Part shown: positions 27,713 through 35,474 of the stretch, one piece after another
Position numbering within the stretch: the first letter of the stretch is position 1
Layout of the letters: every line of letters begins with the position of its first letter
Assembly: GCA_934646835.1 (NCBI GenBank)
Contig: CAKUES010000006.1
Span: 32,533-96,532, forward strand
Reading direction: 5' to 3'
Length of the DNA stretch: 64,000 bases
DNA from: an uncultured Coriobacteriales bacterium
Lineage (GTDB): Bacteria; Actinomycetota; Coriobacteriia; Coriobacteriales; QAMH01
Made by a program: the position numbers and the translations under genes
Notes under the pieces: generated by a model
Database searches by the model: none
Told to the model about the DNA's origin: nothing
Seen by the model: only the letters and a program-made list of their open reading frames with translations

Positions 27713-28951
27713 ATGAAGATGACAGACGAGCAGTTTGCGATCATCAAGCGACAGCTCAAGAAACTGACAGAGATCCCCGGTGGCTTCTACGAGAAGAAGT
27801 TCGCAGGCATCGACATCGATGCGATCAAGACCCAAGAGGATTTCGAGAAACTTCCCTTCACTGACAAAGCAGATCTTCGCGAGGCCTACCCGATGGGTCT
27901 GTGCGCCGTCCCGCAAAGCGAGATCGTCCGCGTCCACTCTTCCTCCGGTACCACCGGTACCCCCGTTGTCATTCCCTACACCAAAAAAGATATCGAGGAC
28001 TGGGCCATCCAGTTCGCGCGCTGCTATGAGTACGCAGGCATTACGCGCGACGATGTTATCCAGATTACCCCTGGCTACGGCCTGTGGACTGCCGGCATCG
28101 GCTTCCAGGCCGGTTGCGAGCGCCTGGGCGCTATGGCAATCCCCATGGGCCCCGGCAACACCGACAAGCAGCTTCAGATGATGGAGGACTTTGGCACGAC
28201 GGTCTTTTGCGCCACCAGCTCCTACGCGCTGCTTCTGGCAGAGGAGATCGAGAAGCGCGGCATCCGCGACAAGCTCAAGCTCAAGAAGGGTGTCATCGGC
28301 TCCGAGCGCTGGGGCGAGAAGATGCGCGCCCGCATCGCCAGCGAGCTCGGCGTCGAGCTCTTCGACATCTACGGCTTGACGGAGGTCTACGGCCCTGGCA
28401 TCGGCATCAACTGCAAAGCCAACGGAGCCATGCACATCTGGTCTGACTACCTTTACCTAGAGATTATCGACCCTGAGACCGGCGAGGTCGTCCCCGACGG
28501 CGAGCCAGGCGAGATCGTCCTCACCACGCTCCAGAAGGAGGGTGCGCCGCTCATCCGCTTCCGCACGCACGATTTGTCCCGCATCGTCCCCGGCCCCTGC
28601 GAGTGCGGCAGCCCCCATCCCCGCATCGACATCATCACCGGCCGCACGGACGACATGGTCAAGGTGCGCGGCGTGAATATGTTCCCCGCACAGATCGAGG
28701 AGGTCATCGCCTTTGCCGACGGCGCCTCGAGCGAGTACCAGGTGATGATCGACCACGTCAACGGCCGCGACCACATGACGCTGTTCTTCGAGACCGACCG
28801 CCCCAAGAGCGAGTGGCCCAAGATCGAGGAGAACCTCGCCGCCATCTTCAAGGGCAAGATCGGCATGACCCCGCACGCCAAGGCCGTCGCCATGGGCGAG
28901 CTGCCGCGCAGCCTCAAGAAGACCCGCCGCATCTTCGACAACCGCTACTAA
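27713..28951 (+). CDS. paaK: Phenylacetate-CoA ligase family (aryl-acetate--CoA ligase)
   Basis: 412 aa. LPFTDKADLREAYP, SSGTTGTPVV (AMP-binding P-loop) and the C-terminal KVRGVN motif of PaaK-type adenylate-forming enzymes. Confidence 0.85.
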   Translation: MKMTDEQFAIIKRQLKKLTEIPGGFYEKKFAGIDIDAIKTQEDFEKLPFTDKADLREAYPMGLCAVPQSEIVRVHSSSGTTGTPVVIPYTKKDIEDWAIQFARCYEYAGITRDDVIQITPGYGLWTAGIGFQAGCERLGAMAIPMGPGNTDKQLQMMEDFGTTVFCATSSYALLLAEEIEKRGIRDKLKLKKGVIGSERWGEKMRARIASELGVELFDIYGLTEVYGPGIGINCKANGAMHIWSDYLYLEIIDPETGEVVPDGEPGEIVLTTLQKEGAPLIRFRTHDLSRIVPGPCECGSPHPRIDIITGRTDDMVKVRGVNMFPAQIEEVIAFADGASSEYQVMIDHVNGRDHMTLFFETDRPKSEWPKIEENLAAIFKGKIGMTPHAKAVAMGELPRSLKKTRRIFDNRY

Positions 28952-28977
28952 GCTCGTCGAGTTTTCGCGTTAACGCG

Positions 28978-29016
28978 AAAGGACCCGCAAGTCGCATCGA
29001 CTTGCGGGTCCTTTTT
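28978..29016. terminator. Bidirectional Rho-independent terminator between convergent paaK and trpB2
   Basis: 14-bp stem GGACCCGCAAGTCG/CGACTTGCGGGTCC, 3-nt loop, flanked by AAA upstream and TTTTT downstream. Confidence 0.8.
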
Positions 29017-29088
29017 GTTGCTCGGGGGCCGCGGGCGTTGTGGGTGCCGCAGGCACTATTTGTGCCGCGCCTCTCGTCGCTGTCAGCC

Positions 29089-30510
29089 TTACTCCAAAGG
29101 CAGGCCGCCTGCTGCTTGGATGCCTTCGACGGCAGGGATGGTTGCAAAGCCCGCCTCGAGCTCCTCGTCGGTGGGGATGTGGTCTTCCATCTGGCCGTTG
29201 ATGAAGGCGTCGTAGGCCTTCATGTCAAAGTAGCCGGTGCCCGTGAGGCCAAAGAGGATGGTCTTGGCCTCGCCAGTCTCCTTGCACTTGAGGGCCTCGT
29301 CGATGGCGACCTTGATGGCATGCGAGCTCTCCGGTGCGGGCAGGATGGTCTCGAGCTTAGCAAACTGTACGCCGGCCTCGAAGACCTCGGTCTGCTTGAC
29401 GCTCACGGCGCGTGCGTAGCCATCATGGACGAGCTTGGAGACGATGGGGCTCATGCCGTGGTAGCGCAGACCGCCTGCGTGGTCGGCAGAGGGGATGAAG
29501 CCGTTGCCGAGTGTGTACATCTTGCACAGCGGACAGGTCTGGCCCGTGTCGGCAAAGTCATAGGCGTAGCGGCCGCGCGTCATGGACGGGCAGCTTGCCG
29601 GCTCGACGCAGATGAAGTCCGTGTCGGGGCGCGTGCCGTCGAGCTTGTCCTTCATGAAGGCGCTCATCAGGCCGCCCACGTTGCTGCCGCCACCTGCGCA
29701 GCCGATGATGACGTCGGGGTATTCGCCGAGTTCCTCGAGCGCGGTCTTGGACTCGAGTCCGATGATGGACTGGTGGAGCACGACTTGGTTGAGCACGCTG
29801 CCGAGCTGGTAGCGCCCGCGGTTGTCGGGCACATGGAGGGCTTTCTCGACTGCCTCGGAGATCGCAGTGCCGAGCGAACCGGTGGAATCAGGGTTGTCGG
29901 CGAGCATCTTGCGGCCGATCTCCGTCGTATCAGAGGGAGACGGGGTCACGTTGGCCCCAAAGGTCTGCATGATGTTGCGTCGGAAGGGCTTTTGCTCGTA
30001 GGAGCACTTGACCATGAAGACCTCGCAGTCCAGTCCGTAGTGGGCGGCTGCCTCGGAAAGCGCGGTGCCCCACTGGCCGGCGCCGGTCTCCGTGGTGATC
30101 GTGCTCAGGCCCTGCTGGGCACCGTAGTAAGCCTGCGCCAGCGCGGAGTTGAGCTTATGCGAGCCGGAGGTGTTGTTGCCCTCGAACTTGTAGAAGATCT
30201 TGGCGGGCGTGCCGAGCGCGCGTTCGAGGTTGTAGGCGCGGCACAGCGGGGAGGGTCGGTAGACCTTGTACATCTCGCGCACGCCCTCTGGGATGTCGAT
30301 GTAGCGCGTGTCATCGTCGAGCTCTTGTCGTACAAGCTCGTCGCAGAAGACGGCCCTGATGTCGTCGAACTCGGCGATTTTGCCGTTGGGCAGGCGCATG
30401 GGCTCGGGCTTTTGTGGCATGTCGGCGCGGACGTTGTAGAACTGGGTGGGGATCTGGTCCTCGCTCAGATAGAGGCGGTAGGGTTCGGTCTGCTTGTTCT
30501 CGTTGCTCAT
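29089..30510 (-). CDS. trpB: Tryptophan synthase beta-chain-like protein, TrpB2 type (stand-alone)
   Basis: 473 aa. PLP-lysine motif GSHKLNSA, GAGQWG, GGGSN. The long N-terminal segment is typical of TrpB2. Start at ATG 30510 (MSNENK). The track start TTG 30633 lies inside the leader terminator. Confidence 0.9.
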   Translation of the reverse strand: MSNENKQTEPYRLYLSEDQIPTQFYNVRADMPQKPEPMRLPNGKIAEFDDIRAVFCDELVRQELDDDTRYIDIPEGVREMYKVYRPSPLCRAYNLERALGTPAKIFYKFEGNNTSGSHKLNSALAQAYYGAQQGLSTITTETGAGQWGTALSEAAAHYGLDCEVFMVKCSYEQKPFRRNIMQTFGANVTPSPSDTTEIGRKMLADNPDSTGSLGTAISEAVEKALHVPDNRGRYQLGSVLNQVVLHQSIIGLESKTALEELGEYPDVIIGCAGGGSNVGGLMSAFMKDKLDGTRPDTDFICVEPASCPSMTRGRYAYDFADTGQTCPLCKMYTLGNGFIPSADHAGGLRYHGMSPIVSKLVHDGYARAVSVKQTEVFEAGVQFAKLETILPAPESSHAIKVAIDEALKCKETGEAKTILFGLTGTGYFDMKAYDAFINGQMEDHIPTDEELEAGFATIPAVEGIQAAGGLPLE

Positions 30511-30621
30511 GGTCTTCGTCCTTTCGGCTGGTGCGGATGCGCTTTGGGCGCACCCATTGGCTTGTCGGTGAGCTGGGACCTGGCCGTGGTCTTGGCTCGC
30601 GATGGTTTGCAGCCTGTGCCT

Positions 30622-30922
30622 GGAGACGAACAAAGCCCGCCCTCAAACAGCAAACATGCTCTTCAAGGACGGGCTTTCAATAAACGAAAACTCGCGGTGC
30701 CACCTTGATTCACCTCTCTAGGGGAGGTGCTCTTTTCGGGTGCCATCACACCCTTGGACGCTTACGCGGTCCTTGCGTCGCAGCTTTCACTGCGCCCTCA
30801 GCGGCCCATTATGGCGACCTGCTACTGCTCGGATCTCAGCTGCCCGAACTCTCTGTATGCGCGTCAGTCGCTTTTACCCCCGCCTCAACGGTTTAGGTGT
30901 ATGCGGTTGTCAACCTGTTTGC
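30622..30922 (-). promoter_or_regulatory. T-box leader (tRNA-Trp-sensing riboswitch) upstream of trpB2
   Basis: On the minus strand: AGAGAG and GCTGAGA stem I motifs (+ strand 30849-30854 and 30834-30840), a TGG triplet (+ strand 30808-30810) in a candidate specifier position, and the T-box sequence AATCAAGGTGGCACCGCGAG (30691-30710). A terminator hairpin AAAGCCCG...CGGGCTTT (30632-30677) plus U-rich tail follows. Confidence 0.75.
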
Positions 30923-30952
30923 ACTTTAGGCGCATGCTTTTGGGGTTGTCAA
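30923..30952 (-). promoter_or_regulatory. Putative promoter of the T-box/trpB2 transcript
   Basis: Minus-strand TTGACA (30947-30952), 18 nt spacer, TAAAGT (30923-30928). Confidence 0.4.
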
Positions 30953-31266
30953 GAAGATTTTTTGCGTCCGATAAAAACGGGCTTTGTCCTCTGTGCTAGG
31001 GAAAAGCGCAGGTCAGACGGCAATCTTATTGCGTTGTTCTATTACTTTGCAGCGGGTGCTCGAAATTCTTTTGCCGTTTATCGCCGATGTCTTAATGCAA
31101 AAGAAACAAAATGCCTACTTGTGCGATTGGTTTTGTTGGGCGTAAGATTGCGGCCAACCTCATAGGGAACCCGCGCCGCACAAAGCCATAGCGGCGCTGC
31201 TCCATAAAAACAGGCGGGCAGGATTGCGTAAGAGACGTAAAAGCCCAACGTGAAAGGAGCCATATC

Positions 31267-31839
31267 ATGGCAGAGAAACGTGTAGTTTCCACTCAGCAGA
31301 CCTCTGGTCTCACCACCCGCGACCTCATCTTGGTCGCCGTCCTGCTTGCAGCAGGCGCTGTTCTCAAGCTCACTGTCTCGAGCTTTCTCACCTTCGCCGG
31401 AATGAAACCCAACTTCATGATCGCCATGTACTGCCTGGCCATCATCCTCGTGCGTCCCAATGTCTTCCAGGCGATTATCATCGGTTTCTTGACCGGCCTT
31501 ATCTCCCAGATCCCCATGCTCAACGCTACCCCGCTCGTGAACCTCGCGTCCGAGACGGTCGGCGCCTTGGTCTGCGGCCTGCTCGTCTTGGGCCTCTTGA
31601 AGGTCGCCAAGGACAACTTCACACTCCAGTCCGTTGTCTTTCCCGCCGTCATCACCTTCATCTCGACGCTGTTCTCCGGCTATACCTTCGCGCTGATCGT
31701 CGGCTGCGCTATGAACGGCCTGGGCGTGGCTGAGGTCATGGTCATGTACGCCGTGATGGTCTTGGGCACCGCCGCGATGAATTGTGTGGTCGCCGCCATC
31801 CTCACCCCCGTTCTCAAGAAGGCCCTCAAGCTGGCATAG
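31267..31839 (+). CDS. trpP: ECF-transporter S component, TrpP/YhaG-like (probable tryptophan-specific)
   Basis: 190 aa, about 6 TM segments. GMKPNFMIAMYCLAIIL...IIIGFLTGLISQ resembles B. subtilis TrpP as I recall it. GAAAGGAG RBS. Followed by ecfA1-ecfA2-ecfT. Confidence 0.7.
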   Translation: MAEKRVVSTQQTSGLTTRDLILVAVLLAAGAVLKLTVSSFLTFAGMKPNFMIAMYCLAIILVRPNVFQAIIIGFLTGLISQIPMLNATPLVNLASETVGALVCGLLVLGLLKVAKDNFTLQSVVFPAVITFISTLFSGYTFALIVGCAMNGLGVAEVMVMYAVMVLGTAAMNCVVAAILTPVLKKALKLA

Positions 31840-31920
31840 CGGCTGTCGAGCTGGGCGAGGCAAGTCGGTCGCCTGCCCGGCTTCGACGTCGATGCAGCTT
31901 CTCACGGAAAGCGAACCATC

Positions 31921-32760
31921 ATGATTCAGGTCAAAGACGTGAGCTTCAAGTACGAGGAGGGGACGGGTGCCACGCTCCACGACATCACCCTCTCCATCCC
32001 GGATGGGCAGTTCGTCGGTATCACGGGAGCCGCCGGCAGCGGCAAGTCCACGCTCACCTACATCCTCAACGGCATCGTCCCCCATTGCTATCCCGGCGAC
32101 TTCTACGGCAGCGTCGAGATCGACGGCCATGACACGGTCGAGACCTCGCTCACTGATATCTCGCGTCTGGTGGGAAGCGTATGCCAGGACATCGACAGCC
32201 AGATGGTGTCGAGCGTCGTGGAAGACGAGGTCCTCTTCGGCCTCGAGAACTTTGGGGTTCCCAAAGATGAGGTCGAGGCACGCCTCGAGACGGCCCTTAG
32301 TGACATGGGAATCGCAGAGCTGCGGCACCGCAACATCGCGAGCCTCTCCGGTGGGCAGAAGCAAAAGGTCGCCGTTGCGTCGATCCTGGCACTTGCCCCC
32401 AAGGTCCTCGTCCTCGACGAGCCGACGGCCGAGCTCGATCCCGCGAGCTCGCGCGCCGTCTTCGAGCTGCTCGCCGCGTGTGCGCGAGAGAAGAAGATCA
32501 CCGTTGTGGTGGTCGAGCAGAAGATCGCCTTGCTCGGCGAGTACTGCGACCGGTTGCTCGTTGTCGAGGATGGCAAGATCGCCCTCGACGGCGCCTGCCG
32601 CGAGGTGTTCGACAGCTCCGAGAGACTCTTCAATGCGGGTATCAACTGCCCGCGTTCGACAAGCCTTGTTAACAGGCTGCGCGAAAGCGGGCTGTACTGT
32701 GGCCCTGCCTGCCGCAACGTCGCCGAGGCGACGGTGGTTCTCGAGGAGGTACTCGCATGA
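31921..32760 (+). CDS. ecfA1: ECF transporter ATPase component
   Basis: Walker A GAAGSGKST, signature LSGGQKQKV, Walker B LVLDEPTAELD. CbiO-type length. Confidence 0.9.
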   Translation: MIQVKDVSFKYEEGTGATLHDITLSIPDGQFVGITGAAGSGKSTLTYILNGIVPHCYPGDFYGSVEIDGHDTVETSLTDISRLVGSVCQDIDSQMVSSVVEDEVLFGLENFGVPKDEVEARLETALSDMGIAELRHRNIASLSGGQKQKVAVASILALAPKVLVLDEPTAELDPASSRAVFELLAACAREKKITVVVVEQKIALLGEYCDRLLVVEDGKIALDGACREVFDSSERLFNAGINCPRSTSLVNRLRESGLYCGPACRNVAEATVVLEEVLA

Positions 32761-33593
32761 TCGAGTTCAAGCACGTGAGCGCTGCGTACGAGGCAGAGAC
32801 GCCGATCTTGCAAGACGTGAGCTTCTCCATCGGCGACGGCGAGTTCGTCGCCTTTGTGGGAACCAACGGCGCCGGCAAGTCGACGACGATGAGGCTCGTC
32901 AACGGATTGCTCAAGCCCACGGCGGGGGAGGTGCTGATTGACGGCGTGCCGACAACGCAGCTCAAGACCAGTGAGCTGGCACGGCGTGTGGGCTTCCTCT
33001 TCCAGAATCCGGACCGGCAGATCTGCTGCAAGACCGTGCGCGAGGAGCTGGAGTTCAACTTCAAGGTGCAGGGCATCTACGACGAGGATGCGCGCCGCCG
33101 CGTTGACGAGGTCATCGCGCACTTTGGGTTCGAGCCCGACGCGGAGCCGTATCTGCTTAATCGCGGAACAAGGCAGCTTCTGGCCCTGGCCTCCATCATC
33201 GTCGCGGCACCACCCGTCGTAGTCCTCGACGAGCCGACGACGGGGCTCGACTTTCGCGAGTGCACCAAGGTCATGGAGATCATCTCCCAGCTCAACGAGG
33301 CTGGCACGACGGTCATCATGGTCTGCCACGACATGGAGGTCGTTGGCGATTACGCCAAGCGCAGCATTGCGATGACACAGGGCAGGGTCGTCGCCGACGG
33401 CCCGACCTTCGAGTTGCTGCGTGATGCGGAGGTGCTCGAGAAAGCACACCTTGTTGCTCCGCAGCTGCTTGAGATCGCCTCAAAGCTCGTTGAGGCTCAT
33501 CCCGAGCTGGCAGGCACGGCCATCGCCGCCGCGACGACGCTCGATGAGATGAGTGCTGCCATCGAGGCCTATCTGACGCAAAGGGAGGTTTAG
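32757..33593 (+). CDS. ecfA2: ECF transporter ATPase component
   Basis: Walker A GTNGAGKST, Walker B VVLDEPTTGLD, FQNPD motif. 4-nt overlap with ecfA1. Confidence 0.9.
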   Translation: MIEFKHVSAAYEAETPILQDVSFSIGDGEFVAFVGTNGAGKSTTMRLVNGLLKPTAGEVLIDGVPTTQLKTSELARRVGFLFQNPDRQICCKTVREELEFNFKVQGIYDEDARRRVDEVIAHFGFEPDAEPYLLNRGTRQLLALASIIVAAPPVVVLDEPTTGLDFRECTKVMEIISQLNEAGTTVIMVCHDMEVVGDYAKRSIAMTQGRVVADGPTFELLRDAEVLEKAHLVAPQLLEIASKLVEAHPELAGTAIAAATTLDEMSAAIEAYLTQREV

Positions 33594-33596
33594 GCG

Positions 33597-34373
33597 ATGA
33601 AGGGTTTTCTCGAATACGTGCCGGGAGACAGCTTTCTGCATCGGCTCAATCCGGTGGCTAAGCTTACGGCCTCGCTGCTGATCGTCTTCGCGTGCTTTGT
33701 CACGCCGAGCATGGCCCTGCTCATCGCCATCTTGGTGCTGGGTTCTGCCCTTGCCGCCAGCTGTGGCATGACGAAGCAGACCCTCGAGCTTGCAAAGGCG
33801 GTGGCGGGCTTCTCATTGCTGTTGGCGTTGATCGCGCTGTTTACGACGCCGCAGGGAGACGTTATCTTTGAGCTGCCCTGGGGCTATGTCGGTATTGGCA
33901 GTGTCCTTGCGGCAGTGCGCATCGTGCTGCGCTTGGTTGCGTGTGCGATCCCGCTGTTTCTCGTGTTCTACGTCACCAAGCTCAACGACATCTCGAACTC
34001 GCTGGTGAAGGTCTGCCACGTTCCCTACAAGTACGCCTTCGTCTTCACCTCGACGGTGCATTTCATCCCCGTGTTCATGAACGATATGTCTGCGATTATG
34101 GAGGCTCAAATGGCGCGCGGTGTCGAGTTTGACGGCGGTTTGGTCAAGCGCGTCAAGCTGATGGTGCCGCTGTGCGTGCCCCTGCTGGTTGGCAGCGTGC
34201 GCAAGACGAACAGCGCCGCCATCGCCGCCGAGGTCCGCGGCTTCAACTTGCGCAATGCTTCCAGTGGCTACAAGGAGTACCCGTTTGGCGGGGGAGACTC
34301 GGTCTATGTCTTGCTCGGGGCGGTGTTGCTTGCAGTGGCGATTGCGACGGCGGTCCTTGGGGTTGCGGTCTAG
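33597..34373 (+). CDS. ecfT: ECF transporter transmembrane (T) component
   Basis: FLHRLNP N-terminus, 5-6 TM segments, MEAQMARG coupling-helix motif (A-R-G). Confidence 0.9.
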   Translation: MKGFLEYVPGDSFLHRLNPVAKLTASLLIVFACFVTPSMALLIAILVLGSALAASCGMTKQTLELAKAVAGFSLLLALIALFTTPQGDVIFELPWGYVGIGSVLAAVRIVLRLVACAIPLFLVFYVTKLNDISNSLVKVCHVPYKYAFVFTSTVHFIPVFMNDMSAIMEAQMARGVEFDGGLVKRVKLMVPLCVPLLVGSVRKTNSAAIAAEVRGFNLRNASSGYKEYPFGGGDSVYVLLGAVLLAVAIATAVLGVAV

Positions 34374-34484
34374 GAAAACGCCGATTAAGGCAAATGTCCA
34401 CTGCGTGTGATTGGTAAAACCGCTGGCTACGTAGGGGAGGGACCGAAGTCCCTCCCCATAAGCCTCGCGTTAATCAGCGTCTCC
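34371..34484 (+). repeat. Family A element, full-length, forward orientation; its first 3 nt are the ecfT stop codon
   Basis: TAGGAAAACGCCGATTAAGG...CGTAGGGGAGGGACCGAAGTCCCTCCCCATAAGCCTCGCGTTAATCAGCGTCTCC. Confidence 0.8.
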
Positions 34485-34630
34485 TTAGAGCTGTACACGA
34501 AAGCTGGCTGTTGAGAGCGCAATCAAATAGCGCACAATACGATAGCAGGAAATAATAAAATTGCGCAATCGAAAAAGTGTAGAAGGAGCAGGTCAGAGGG
34601 AAGTGAACTTGGCTTTTCTGGAGTGGTTTT

Positions 34631-34665
34631 ATGACACAGCGTCACTGGCACAAAGTGTGTCACGC
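34631..34665. repeat. Family B element, single arm
   Basis: ATGACACAGCGTCACTGGCACAAAGTGTGTCACGC. Confidence 0.6.
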
Positions 34666-34814
34666 TCACAGGGCTGTCTGGGCTGTGTGCGCGGACAGAT
34701 TCATGCGATGGTGATATCGGAATAATGCTTGCACTAACGAGCTTGCGCAGTTATCCTAGACAGGCTTGTGTAAATTGCATTGGTCGGTAACCAATGCGGC
34801 TTTAAGGAGACTTA

Positions 34815-35240
34815 ATGCGACCCAATATTCACCCTGAGTACAAAGAGTGCACTGTCCGCTGCTCTTGCGGCAACACCTTCAAGACCCGCTCCACTGTGAG
34901 CGAGATCGTGGTCGAGCTTTGCAACGAGTGCCATCCCTTCTTCACCGGTCAGCAGAAGTTTGTTGACACTGGTGGACGTGTCCAGCGCTTCGCTGACAAG
35001 TTCGGTTCCGCTGCTGCTCGCGTCAAGGAGCAGGAGGCTGCCAAGAAGGCTGCTAAGGCTGCTGCAGCTGCAGAGGCTGAGGCCGCTAAGAAGGCTGAGC
35101 GCGAGGCTAAGGCTGCTGCCAAGGCTGCTCGTGCAGCTGAGTACGCCAAGAAGGCTGAGGCAGAGGCTGCTGCCGCTCCCGTCGAGGCTGAGGTTGAGGC
35201 TCCCGCAGAGGAGGCTGCTGCCGAGGAGTCCGCTGAGTAA
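34815..35240 (+). CDS. rpmE: 50S ribosomal protein L31 (type A, Zn-ribbon) with a C-terminal Ala/Lys/Glu-rich tail of about 75 aa
   Basis: [13 protein letters not shown]...[10 protein letters not shown] core, then [47 protein letters not shown].... AAGGAG RBS. Confidence 0.9.
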   Translation: MRPNIHPEYKECTVRCSCGNTFKTRSTVSEIVVELCNECHPFFTGQQKFVDTGGRVQRFADKFGSAAARVKEQEAAKKAAKAAAAAEAEAAKKAEREAKAAAKAARAAEYAKKAEAEAAAAPVEAEVEAPAEEAAAEESAE

Positions 35241-35264
35241 GCTGACATTCGCATAGCGCATTGA

Positions 35265-35295
35265 GAGAGGTCGTCCGCAAGGGCGGCCTCTTTTG
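35265..35295 (+). terminator. Rho-independent terminator after rpmE
   Basis: GAGGTCGTCC-GCAA-GGGCGGCCTC hairpin (two G-U pairs) followed by TTTT. Confidence 0.7.
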
Positions 35296-35474
35296 TTATG
35301 CCCTCGTTTTGCCGCATTGCTCGTCTTGTCTGCTGAACTTGACCGTGAGGAGGGCTTGACCTGCGGCTGGGGCGTAGAAGGTTGCTTTATCGGCGTGGAC
35401 TGCAGCAGGGGTCTTGGGCCGTTCCCCATACAATCGAATCAAAGAATGAGTCTTGTTCTGGGAGGTTGATTGCG

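Noticed and set aside
28603-30708. 701-aa + strand ORF antisense to trpB2 and reaching into the T-box leader
   Set aside because: The translation is arginine/glycine-rich nonsense. The minus strand encodes a complete TrpB2 with the PLP-lysine motif.
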